Below, piece by piece: positions 50,421 to 62,138 of a DNA stretch of 64,000 bases (its first letter is position 1; every line of letters begins with the position of its first letter). The position numbers and the translations under genes are program-made. This stretch comes from Oikopleura dioica (Eukaryota; Animalia; Chordata): NCBI GenBank assembly GCA_907165135.1, contig OU015567.1, positions 1,612,001 to 1,676,000 of the forward strand. Direction: 5' to 3'. The notes under the pieces were generated by a model. The model saw only the letters and a list, made by a program, of their open reading frames with translations. It searched no databases and had not been told where the DNA came from.

Positions 50421-50462
50421 CCTGAAACCATCAATTCTGTAAATAAACAAGATCTATGTTTT

Positions 50463-51824
50463 TTACTCGTTGCATTTTATTTCAGAGAAGGATTTTTTGG
50501 AATGATAAGAAGGGGTTTCGCTGTTCTTCCTTGATTTCAGTGTTGAAGCTTTATATACAGGAATTGTTTCAGGGAGGGGTAGAATGAGGAAGACTTATTT
50601 ATTCGGTAGGAGCAGTCGGCTAGATAAAAAATAAGTTTCACGATTCTAGTGAGTTCTAAGGGCATCTAGGCATTTGACTAACCTTAGTCCCATTGACCAA
50701 CGGCTGGCTCATTTGAGATTCTGTGTCCATTAGTGAGGTATCAACGCTTCCGCGGGTCTAGAAATTTTTTAGGAAAAGAGTTAATTGGAAATGATTACCG
50801 GTCGAATCATATTTTTCTTCGACAATTTTCGCTCGGCTCTTCGATCGACGGATTTCTTCGTGGTTCTAGTGAGAACATAGATGAATTCCAAGACGCAGAT
50901 GAGGATCGACAAGCATGTGACCTAGAAATCTATGTTGAGTATTCTTTTTGGGTGGTGACTTACAGTAGTCATGTAGAGCATAAAAATAGTCTTCTCCCAA
51001 GGCCTCGAAACCCAGCAGGGAATGAGCGGATTCTGGGAGCAAGCGGAGTTGTCCTCAGTTTCTCCATGAGTGCACTCGTACTTTTCAGGAACCCACATCG
51101 CAGCGATTCCGACCTTTTTCGACTGTTGCTGCTGGAGAACGTAGGAAAAGTAGAGGAAGAGGATTTCGAGGAAGAGCTTGAAAAGAAGATGGACAATGTA
51201 AAAGGTGCGGATGCGAGGGGTCCATTTGACTTCGACGACGTCGGAGTTCGAAGTGATGGTGAGTTTCTGCTTCATTTTGTCCATTCCGAGCTTCTTTTCT
51301 TTCGAGTTGATTCGGGACTGGTAGGCTTTGTACTGGTCGCTTGAGAAATAATCAGCCTGAAAAACACTATCTTGGTGACGATCAAGTGAAAGGGTCTTAC
51401 CGTTCTATTCTTCTTTTCCTCATCAGCCCGCTCTTTCTTGACAAGCTCGATCTTAGCGATTTCGAACTGGGCGAAAGTCATGAAGGCCAAACTTGGAAGA
51501 CAGACGAACATCATTTGAAAGGCCCAAAAGCGCATGTGCGAAATTGGCGAAAATCGGTTGTAACAAACGTTTTGACAACCCGGCTGATTTGTATCGCAAC
51601 GGAACGCGCCCTAAAAATAATGTTCTGAAATTTTTCTCCTTTATTTTTTGAGTTTCTTGTTATTTATTGAGGCAACTTACGCTTTCATCGCCATAGACAG
51701 CTGATCCGACGACTGCAGTAATGAACATTCGGAAGGTAAAAAGCAGGAACATCCACATGTAGCCCAGCGGAGTACTGTAATGCAGCGCCTTGTTGACTGT
51801 ATTTTCTAAAATACCCCACACCAT
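50463..51824 (-). CDS. Connexin (gap-junction protein)
   Basis: [48 protein letters not shown]; [13 protein letters not shown]. Confidence 0.95.
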
Positions 51825-52801
51825 TTTGAGGTTTGTTCTCTGTCAGTCTCTTTTTTTTAACTTTTTTGTATTCTCGTTTTTCGGTTTTTGGCGCGGAAAA
51901 GAATGACAAAACGAAAAGGGCAAAATCTGATTTTGATCCTCTTTTGCGAGGGCGCCACAAATAACTGTACACAGCTGGAGACAAGGAGGGCGAGAAGTGG
52001 ACCGATCCTTATCCGGAGCGTCCCGGTTTGAGCGTAAATAAAAGCAGGGAACGTAAAATTGGGGCTTTTAGGTCACGTGACGTTTTCGAAATGGATAATT
52101 GAGACTAGTTCCATACAATTAAGAGGATCGAGAATGTTAGACATGACTCTTGATCGAGTTTTATGTCAGAGATTACAAACTTACATCCTTATTTTATCCT
52201 ACAACAGTGAAGTTGATATTGAGATCATCTGAAAGTCAACATCGAGTTATGACATAAGTGATTTTTCAAGCAGATTTTCGAAGGCCTGATTGAAGCAAAA
52301 AAATCAACTTTCGTATCCTGCCTGCTGAAAAAGGATGAAATCAATAACCAGCTTTTTTGGCTCGAAATAATTTTTCGAGAAATTATCGTCAAGGGGGTCC
52401 CTAATCCGATAAAAAGAAGAACCGGGCTCTTAATTCTGACAAACTCCGACGGAGCATAACGATCTTTTCAAATGTTAAAAGAGCGCTAATTTTACGGGAT
52501 CGTCCTTTTTTGGTTCATTCCTTGACAGTTTTTCATGGTCCTTGAGTCCAGTTTTGATTGATTACAAAAGATTTTCCCTTGAGTGTCTCAAAGGCCTATC
52601 GCATGTCTACCAGACAAATTTTTACTTCCTGGCAGATGGTGTCAACGACTTGATAAGGCTGGACGGATATTGGCTTAAGAATTTTATATTGGTTGTTCTG
52701 GAGGGTTATAAACTCAATATACAAAAAGAAGAAAAAGAGATTCTGTGTTTGTCACGTGAGTATTTTTATCAATAAACAGAGGTATATTTAGTAAAAAAAA
52801 G

Positions 52802-55600
52802 TCAAACAGATTCTTCTGGATCCGAAATTTCAACAGCTTTTTCGTTGATCACTTGAAGCCTCGGAACCATGGATATTGAATCGATAGAAATATGATCATT
52901 TGTCGAAAGAATGATGTTTTTCTTCGTCTTAAAAACAGTTGGGCAGAGAAAAAACGATCAGAGTACCTGGGGACTCCTAGCAGAGGCAGATGCATTGCCG
53001 AATGTCTTTGGCGAATGAGGACTTGACGGAATTTTTTGATCTGGACTGTACGTCCTTATTATTGGTCGTTTGGAAGAGCAAAATGAATCCTCCGTTTTAT
53101 TGGAAATCAGAGATCCTTTCGAGTCCGTGCGCTGAGAGACGAATGGCTAGGCTTACCGGACTAAATTTCGACCCCTATTTCTAGCTTAGTTAGGTGGTCA
53201 TATGATACAGTTTTAGAAAGCCTAGCTTCTGGGCTTTCATTTGGGCACAAATTTTAGGGGTCTGGGTCATGCCCGCAAGGCAATTCATGGGACCTGAAGT
53301 CCCAAAATAGGTACTAGAATCCTTTAAACTACTTTTTCGATGCCCGTCCGGGCTCGAGAGTAGTCAAGAGTCGCATATTTAGAAAGCTCAGGCTCTGAGC
53401 TTTCAGTAGAGCTCAAGAAATCTTAGCGCCAAGCCGTTTGTGGCCACCTGGAGGCGCTAGAAGCTTGCGGTGAAAATCCGGAAATGCCGGAAAACTCGGT
53501 TTTTGAGTTCTAAACTCTACAATTATATGTATAAAACATATATATACAATAATTAACGCGTTAAAAAGTTGAACCGCGGTCGAACCGGGTGGTTCAACTC
53601 TACAAACCTTCAAAAACATGGAAATATGGCCCACGATGAACCACCCGGTTGACCACCCGGTTCGACCGCGGTTCAACTTTTTAACGCGTTAATTATTGTT
53701 TATATTTGTTTTATACATATAATTGTAGAGTTTATAACTCAAAAACCGAGTTTTCCGGCATTTCCGGATTTTCACCGCCAACTTCTAGCGCCTCCAGGTG
53801 GCCACAAACGGCTTGGCGCTAAGATTTCTTGAGCTCTACTGAAAGCTCAGAGCCTGAGCTTTCTAAATATGCGACTCTTGACTACTCTCGAGCCCGGACG
53901 GGCATCGAAAAAGTAGTTTAAAGGATTCTAGTACCTATTTTGGGACTTCAGGTCCCATGAATTGCCTTGCGGGCATGACCCAGACCCCTAAAATTTGTGC
54001 CCAAATGAAAGCCCAGAAGCTAGGCTTTCTAAAACTGTATCATATGACCACCTAACTAAGCTAGAAATAGGGGTCGAAATTTAGTCCGGTAAGCCTACGA
54101 ATGGCCGACCGCGTTTTTGCTCGTTGATGTCTAAATAAAAAGGTTACGGTTACGTCTACGATTACCGGTATGATCATCTAAATGGGTATAAGTTCATTTT
54201 AGTATTTAGTAAAAATAGAGATGTTTTACATAAAAATCAAGAAAATGAAGGTGAAATCACTTTTGATGTCAATTGTCAAGGTTAATTTATACTAATTGCC
54301 TGCACGTAATTAAATAAAATACGTTATGACATTTGTCCCTACCTGCAACAGAATACGACTTCTGCGGCGGTGATTTTTTCTTCTGAGCTGGAGCGGCTGT
54401 CAAACTACTTCTTCTACTTTGCGGTCTAAAATGATCTATTCAGTGCGAACTTTGGAACGGACGTGCTCATCAATTATTCATGATAGCATTTTGTTTCTAC
54501 CTCTTGCTTGTTAGACAAACATACTGTAGCTTCTCTCTAAAAGAAATTAACCTGGAACATGGAAGAGGCATTAAAAAACCTCCTGCATCAATGGACGGTC
54601 TTGGTCCTCGGCGATGGTGGTAATTTCGGATCTTATCTTCTTCGTCTTCCTTTTTTGGGCTTCAGACAAATTCTCAATATTCACTAGAATGCTCTCCAGA
54701 ACCCGTTCCTCGACATCTGATAAATTCGAAATGCCGCCAAAGCTCAGTTGACTCCTACTCGATCTTCTTGATCCACTCATGCTCGACCTGTCGTAGCCAG
54801 TTCCAACTGAGATGCCCATAGAAATGCCCGATTCTTCAATGTCGAAATGATTTTTTCTTTTTTCACCAATATTTTGGTCGTGCGCAGATCTGATGTGAAT
54901 CGAAGTGACTGTTATTGCCATTGTCAGAATGAAGCCGATCAGTCCAATAACTGCGACGAAGAATCCAGCTAATTTTGGTTCAACAAAGGAAGTGGCAAAA
55001 AACCCGTTCAAAAACGATGAAAAATTAAGTTTTGAGGTCCAAAGCTTGAGATCCAACGACAAGTGGTGACGGTCTCACGCGATTTTCAATAAATTTTGCA
55101 AGTTAATACATGTTTATAACAGCTTTCAAATTCAATTAATGTAGAATCTAGAAGCATTTGAAAAATTCCTTCTGCCGAAATTTGTCGCAAGCTGGGTTTG
55201 ATACAAAAGCCAGCCGCCCATGGCGACTAATGTGCAACTTTTAAGAGGGAAGATCAATATTAGGCCTTAGATGAGAGTGGACTAAATCTAAAAAGATACC
55301 GCTACTACCCAAAAATTGCCGTAATCATTACAATCCCTTTCCTGGAAGCAACAAGAAGTAAAGCAGCAGTGCTGTGCAACCTAAAAAGCTTCTTCCCAGG
55401 CGACCGATCCGGCCTTCTTGAATGAATCCCAATCCCATACAGCGATAAAAGAAAGCAACCAAACTCGTAGAGGATCAAAAATATAACGATGCCCTTGGTA
55501 GAACTGTCCGTGTCCACGTAAAACTCATCCTTCCGCAACGCGATGACTGAAATCTAAATGCATCGTTCATTTCGGTTGATACGGTTCATCGCGAAGCGCA
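52802..55600 (-). CDS. Multi-pass membrane protein with long Ser-rich cytoplasmic tail; one exon interrupted by a palindromic hAT MITE
   Basis: TM exons at 55305-55538 and 54571-55062. Phase-matched chain ...KSYSVA|DINEQKRGRPF[element]VSQRTDS...RSPQ|TKKN...EESV* (stop 52802-52804). Link between TM exons and tail is inferred. Confidence 0.6.
53148..54097. mobile_element. 950-bp foldback hAT-type element with ~450-bp near-identical arms and 8-bp TSD
   Basis: Ends TAGGCTTACCGG / CCGGTAAGCCTA; TSD CGAATGGC at 53140-53147 and 54098-54105; spacer of about 57 bp. Confidence 0.95.
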
Positions 55601-56333
55601 TTTTGTTTTGCCACAAATTTTCAAGTTGCACCTTTTTTCAGAGAAAATTTTCAAATATCATTTTCGAAATCATAATTTCTTAGGAAGTTTAAATTGCAAC
55701 TTACTGTAATAACCGAGACTGTTGATTCTACCAAGCTCAAAACCAGCAAAACATTCTTCATATTATTATCTCTTTATTATCTCTGCTTTTCTATCTCTCT
55801 TTTTGTCTCTGGATGAAACTGGCGTCGGAGCAAAAACTATATGTCGAAAGAAAAAGTTGAGGAGGAACCGGTTTCGTGCAAAAATGAAGAGAACAACCGT
55901 TGTTTCTTATTCAAAGCTGCTGAAAAATTGATTACTTGCTTCAGTCACTTGTTTCTCCACAGTCGCTGAAAAGTCAAGCGGGCAATTGGGACTAAAGTGC
56001 GTCCTCCCTCGATTATATTTTACTGTATAGGCAGGAAAATACCTTCAGCAAGATTCGCATTTCATTTCTTACTTTTCGCTGTTTCGTGGATACACTGTGT
56101 TTTTAGATAAACGACGACTTCAACAACGCTAATTCGTATCAGCTGTATAAACCAAAGTCAAGTTAATCTCAAGAAACAATCGTTGCCGTTCATTTTTCGT
56201 AGATTCACTCTCTTTTCGGTTTATCATCGAATATGGCAAAGTTCATTGATAATTGCTGAATAAATTGGAGAATAAATCCATCTGGTTGAGACTCAACCGG
56301 TAAGATCATCCCTTCAACTTTCGTTATGGTCTA

Positions 56334-56548
56334 CAGTAAATACCGCTGGTTTGGGACGCTCAAAAATCCTGCTAGTCTGGGACGGTCGGGCGAAATAAGG
56401 ATCAAAGGCAAGCGCCCACGGCGAGTGTTTTTAAACTGACCGCTTTACCCCGAAAGCGAAACTGGCGCCCGAGAGTCGAAAGCGAAAATCCTGCTGGTTT
56501 GGGACGCTTTCGTGAATTAGGACCGTCCCAGACCAGCGGTATTTACTG
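56334..56548. mobile_element. Tc1/mariner (pogo-like) MITE, 215 bp
   Basis: TIR CAGTAAATACCGCTGGT(T/C)TGGGACG; TA flanks at 56332-56333 and 56549-56550; internal CTGGTTTGGGACG repeats. Confidence 0.9.
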
Positions 56549-58371
56549 TATTTGATCTCGTTATCAGACAAAAACATCTATATTTGTATTTGATAAGTCA
56601 TAAATTAAGGGTCTTACGCGTCTTAAACCGCGTGTTTCCGATGATATCATCTCTCAGGGAATCTGTAATTCACTGTTTTTGTATTTTTATGATGCCGCTC
56701 AAACGAAAAAATAAGCAAAATGGTGATATATTTATTCGAAATTTGAATTTCAAATTAAAAATTGCACTTCCTCCTCTGAAGACCTGACAGTTATCCAAAA
56801 CCTAACGTGTTCAAAAGCAGTATTTGAATACCGCTATTTCGAGGTTGTTGAGCTGATATTGAAAAGACACGAATCGCTAGAATCAGAGGATTAAGAATTC
56901 AAACTTCAGTTTAGGAGTAGCTCTCCATGAACGGTTTTGCGTGAAATGACAGAGTACCGTCCCCTTAATCCTCTGTTCACAATTCAGAATCTCGCTCTTA
57001 ATCGCCGAGTCAAAATTTAAGTGACCTCTTATTTATTTATTCCCTGAAATTTTTGATCGGTAAACTTAGTCGGGCCTTTCTTTTTTCGTTAGTAAGAATT
57101 TCTTTAAGACCGCTTGTAACACGAAATTTTCTAAGGTAGAAATGAGACTAACGCTCACAGCACGATTTTCGTTACTTAGCGAAATCCTTCGACGAAGATC
57201 TGCTAAGCTGATAAATCTTTATTTTCAAGAGAGAATTATTGTTTCCGGCCGTTCGAGGCCAAGTTTTAGACGTAACGTGTTACAGGTCTTTATTGCTCGC
57301 AAGAAAGCTAGATAATGCTTGGTAGGATAAGCAAAATTGCGAAAGGATTTTAATAAGAATCGAAGATAAACAAGATAGAGCATTCCATGCCAAGAAAAAC
57401 AAGACACGCGGTCATGCCTTCTTCGTTCATCTCTTTTTCGAAAAATCAAAATATATAAACAAGTTCACGTATAGCAAAATGCTAGCTGCTTCTTCCACCT
57501 GCCAACTTCCATGAACTTGTTTAATGTTTTGATTGTCATGGTTAAGTTTTTAAACAATTCAATCTGGCTTTTATATTTCTCAGCAAGCTCTGAATTTTCT
57601 TGAAGCATTGTTATGTTTTTGCACAATATTGTGTTGTTTGTTAAAGCTCCACGAGTCATCCTCTTACAAGGTCAAAAATACTTCTCCTCCACCTTTTTTT
57701 CTGTTTTTGAACTGAAGCTTAGCTTCAGTGTTTAACAAACGCACCAGCTATTGGTTAATACCCCTGATTTTGACCTTCCACAGCTTCAAAAAAACGCTGG
57801 TTTCAACTTTGGAACAAGGCGGTTCCCAAGAAGCCGTTTGGCTAAGAAACGTTTAGCCGTTTATTTTTTTGATAATAAAAATTTATCAAATTTGCGATTG
57901 GTTCACTGCCCTCGAATTTCTATTCAAAATTTGAATTGATTTTCCTCCTCGCCTTTGAAAATAAACAAGAACTTTGAAATAAATTAAGTTAATAGGTCGA
58001 GATTGACAATTGGATTTCCCGTTTTACCAACATCCATCGATTAAAGAATTCGAAGAGCTTTGCGAAAATAGCGTTATTTAGAGCGCAAAAAAGGATAAAA
58101 GATGCATTTTTCGGACTTGTTTTTAATATAAGGGATCGTCCAAAATTCATAAGATAATTTATCTTGCTCTTTTGCTGCTTGAAATTGCACAAGTCAGGAC
58201 GAACTGAAAATAAGAATCAGAAATTTAATTCAAGAATTTGTTTATTTGGGGTTTCCTCTTTGCTGTTTGGAAGAAAAAAAACTGAGTTCTGAAAAATAAA
58301 CTTGGTTCAAAGCAAAATATTCTGAGCGGATTAAATCAAAGTCATTTATTGAAAGTTTTCGAGAGAAAGAC

Positions 58372-59080
58372 TGGCTCACTCCGCTTTGTGTTGGTGCTAA
58401 AAACTCACAGTGGCCAGGTACGGGCAAGGTGTCAAGCTGTGCAAATAGGATGCAAGGGGTTCACCGACATGTGGTACCCACTGCGAAGTCCCGCAGAGAC
58501 TGCTCCTAGCACCAAAACTGAGCAAGGCTCGGTGTGAAGATGACAAAGTTAGCAAAAACAAGGTGAACTGAGCTGCAAAATCGGATCAAGCTCAACCGGT
58601 TAAAAGTGAAGATATAAAAGAATAAAGATTGAAATTTTATAAAATCTCGCCTTATATGGTTTTTTTACGGAGATTTCGATTATGAGCCCCAAAATCATCT
58701 CCATAAAAAATCTAGATTCCCTTGGCGGTCATCTGCTCTTTTTGCCTTGGCACATTTTTCTGGACTTTATTTTGAGCAGACAATACCAATTGGTACCGGT
58801 CTCAGAATCAAAATCTACGAAAAATTACTCTACAAGGTTTTATGAAATTCCATTTTTTTACTCTTTTAAAACATCACTTTTTGGCTTATCCTCGGCTTAG
58901 CTTGCTGATTTTGAAGCCATCTCACACCGAGCGTTGCTCGAAATTGGTGCTTGGACCAGTCTCTGCAGGACATCGCAGCAGGCTGCGCGTGTCGGTGGGC
59001 CCGTTGCATCCTATTTGCACAGCTTGACACCTGCCTGTACTTGGCCACTGCGAGTTTTTAGCACCAACACAAAGCGGAGA
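58372..59080. repeat. Diverged inverted repeat (about 58372-58690 / 58797-59080) homologous to the 4385-5446 modules
   Basis: ctccgctttgtgttggtgctaaaaactc.cagtggcca in both arms; blocks aggtgtcaagc, atgcaaggg, gcagag, ctcggtgtga and ggatcaagctca are shared with 4410-4640. Confidence 0.85.
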
Positions 59081-60160
59081 ACCCCGAAAGACTTACGTTC
59101 ACGATCAGAATAAGAACGGTAGTATTCTGATCTTAAAAATCCCTGAACGAAAATAATTTCGATCAAATTGAACAAAACTGTACGGAGAATTAAAACAGAA
59201 TCTTATTTTCGGCTGTTATGATTGATAACTTACGAAATCTTGAGAAAAGGGGGGGGACCCTTCTTCGTCATTTTACTTTCTGCATGTGCTCTCTTCTTCA
59301 ACCCAAGGCCACGTAGTCTTATTCGTATGCCGTAAGATTCCCTTTTCCTCAATAAAAAACTCCAACTACAAATTTAGGGCAATTAAAATAACGTCGAAGC
59401 AAGTGTAGACCAAAAGCAAACCATTAGAAGAAAATTATTATGCCATTAGGTTGGAAATTATGTTACTCGTATCTAATGAAAAATATCAAAATAAATTACC
59501 CGAACACAATCGCACCAAACCTTATTGATGACTTGTTACATCAAAAATTTTCACGGACATCAAACTCAACATTTGCACCTGCGCGCACGTTCTAGCGCCC
59601 TCATTACTATCAGCGCCTGTCTACCTCTTTTGAGATAATAACATGGGCGATCACGAAAAGTAACTCATTGACCGATACCACATTTACGTTTCAATAAAAC
59701 CATTTGTCAATAATTTTGAATACATCCAAAAAGATATTGGCATTTTTCAACTAACAAGCAGCGTAAAAGGAAGAGTCCGAAATAGAGAAAAATGAAGCCA
59801 ACAAAATATTTTAATTTGACAATTGTTTCTATGGCAGCAGTTTTGCAGAAGAAACGGCTTTCAGGAAAGGTTGAAAAGGTTTGGTTTATGAAAAAAGATG
59901 ATTCTTTGCGATCAACCCTAAATAGACAAGAAAATTGCTCAAACAAGGCGAAAGAAGAGAGAACTTGGTGGAGGAAGTCTGCATAGTGCAGGACTTGATT
60001 TTTCGTTCAATGGAGATAAGATGGAGGTAAATCTATCATGAAACCCGTGAGGTGTTTTCTAAAGTGCCTTGGAATGCACCTTCTGTCAAACGCCCTTATC
60101 ATCCGACCTTGCCCATGCTGTTTACGTTTTGAACCGCATGAATGCATAAATTTCTTTTAG

Positions 60161-62023
60161 ACTTGTGCCGACTTAGAAGACATTCCTGGGCGAGTTGATG
60201 AGTCGTGTCCAATGACTGGAAATTTCACCGACGGACTTGCATGCAATATCAACTGCGATAGCGGCGATACGATACCTGTTAAGTGCGAGTGTAGATATCT
60301 CGAAGATGGGCCAATGAGACTCTTTATGGGCTGTCACTACGCTTTTGAGGAGGGAGAGTGTCCCGAAGTAGAAGTCGCTGAAGAAATATCAGAAGACGAT
60401 GAGCTAGAATCACCTTCGTTGCCGACTGAAAGAATTGAAGAAAACCTTGCAACTGACCCAGAAAAATTTCACAAGCTGGAATTCGACCATCAATATCCGC
60501 ACAATTCGCTTCCTCAAAACGACCCTCCTTTAGCTCAGCATCTTCAATCGTTTTACCCAGCCAATCCCTACCCTCCTGTTCAATACCCACCTCAATATCC
60601 GTTCCAACAACATCAACAGCAGCCGTATTATCCAATGATGCAAATGCCTCCGTCCCAACTCATGCCTCCAGAAACAACCATCGAGGATCAAAATTTAGCT
60701 GACACCAAGGTACATGTGTAAATATCGAATCAACATCATGCTTCTAACCGCAAAAAGCGTGAACGGCTCGTTTATTAATTCAATATCAAATTCATTAACC
60801 AGTGTTTAGGAGCATTTTGCGAAGTTTTTCTCGGCAATGGAGAAGCAAGAAAATTCAATAATGAAGATTTCTGGTCAATTCACCCTCTCGAAGTCCTCCG
60901 AATTGTCAAAAAACATCCCGTTTGCGACACAAAAAGCTCTAATTGAGCGAGAAATCGAGTCTTTAGCTAACGACGGTCATTTTTTCGAGGACTTTTCAAT
61001 CGAATCCGCCTCTTTTCGCACTGAAAATGCTCTAGAAACCCCTTTTCTCGAGGACCATCAGAACTCATTTTTCGACTTTGACTTTACCGCCCTTATTGAC
61101 ATCAATAATGATCATAAGCTTGGCGATGATGAGTCATTAATTGACATTAATAACAACTGTGATGATAAAAAAGTATCATCCTTTTTAGAAGAAAGTTTAA
61201 AAGATTTAAACGGACTTGTTTCAAGTTCGATAATCGTTTTAAACTGCGACATGATTTCACAGGAATCTCTGAGGCTTCACTCGATAGAGAATTATTTGAA
61301 AGACATAACGATGGTAGTGCAAAGTTTCATGCAAACAAAGAAGCAATTGGAGGACCTTCAAGAAGATATTCTAAAAGAATCCATGACCACAACTCAGGTA
61401 CAAAAAATGAGAGATTTTCTGAATAAAAGTTCAAATTTTAGACTTGTTTTTGTCATTTTTATTTTTCCTTACATTCTAACAAAGCCCCAAAGAGTCTTTG
61501 GCAAAGACCATAAAACAGTTATATTTTGTATCAATAATTATTTTTATAAAAACATCCACATTGAACTGATTCTCAAATTCTTTTCAAGATAATATGGCGC
61601 CCCATTGCTTTAAAGATTAATTTATTTTTTTTAAGTCTCCATCATCAACAACGTCATCATCAGACCCGACCGACATCGAAAACTGGAAGAAAGATCTTGA
61701 AAACAGTGTTTTGGAAAAGTTCGAGGAGCTAAAAACCATGATTGCAAGCTCTAATCTACCAAAAACAGATTCCCCAAATGACTCAAAAACGGAAGACAAC
61801 GACGATTACAAGCTTGACGCAAAACTCTATGAAGACGATGCTGATGGTGATGATGATCTCGACGAAGAAATGGTAAAATATAAAAGTTCCATTTTTCGTA
61901 AAAATTTTAATTTTTCAGGCTTTTGAAATGCGTCGACGAGCGCCACTACCCGTTTTGGAAAACAACAATAATATGCGACCTGGAAGAAGACATCCGAAAT
62001 TCGTGAAAATTGTACGATTTTAA
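60161..62023 (+). CDS. Orphan protein: Cys module, Pro/Gln-rich linker and acidic region; 5' exons uncertain
   Basis: CNINCDSG..CECR..GCHY; ORFs 60212-60721, 60837-61592 and 61711-61926 with gt/ag borders. Confidence 0.55.
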
Positions 62024-62138
62024 AAACTAAACATAATTTGTAGAAAGAATATTAACAGAACAATGCGTGACTGTACAAAGTTTGTAAAAATGACGATTTT
62101 TTGAATAAATGACGATTTTTTGAATCTTTGGTTTTTAT

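Noticed and set aside
50733-51344. 203-aa plus-strand ORF
   Set aside because: Antisense shadow of connexin exons.
56600-59345. A single 2.7-kb TTAA element or an autonomous transposase
   Set aside because: Candidate ends match only loosely, the right TTAA is absent and there is no long ORF; only the internal inverted repeat is supported.
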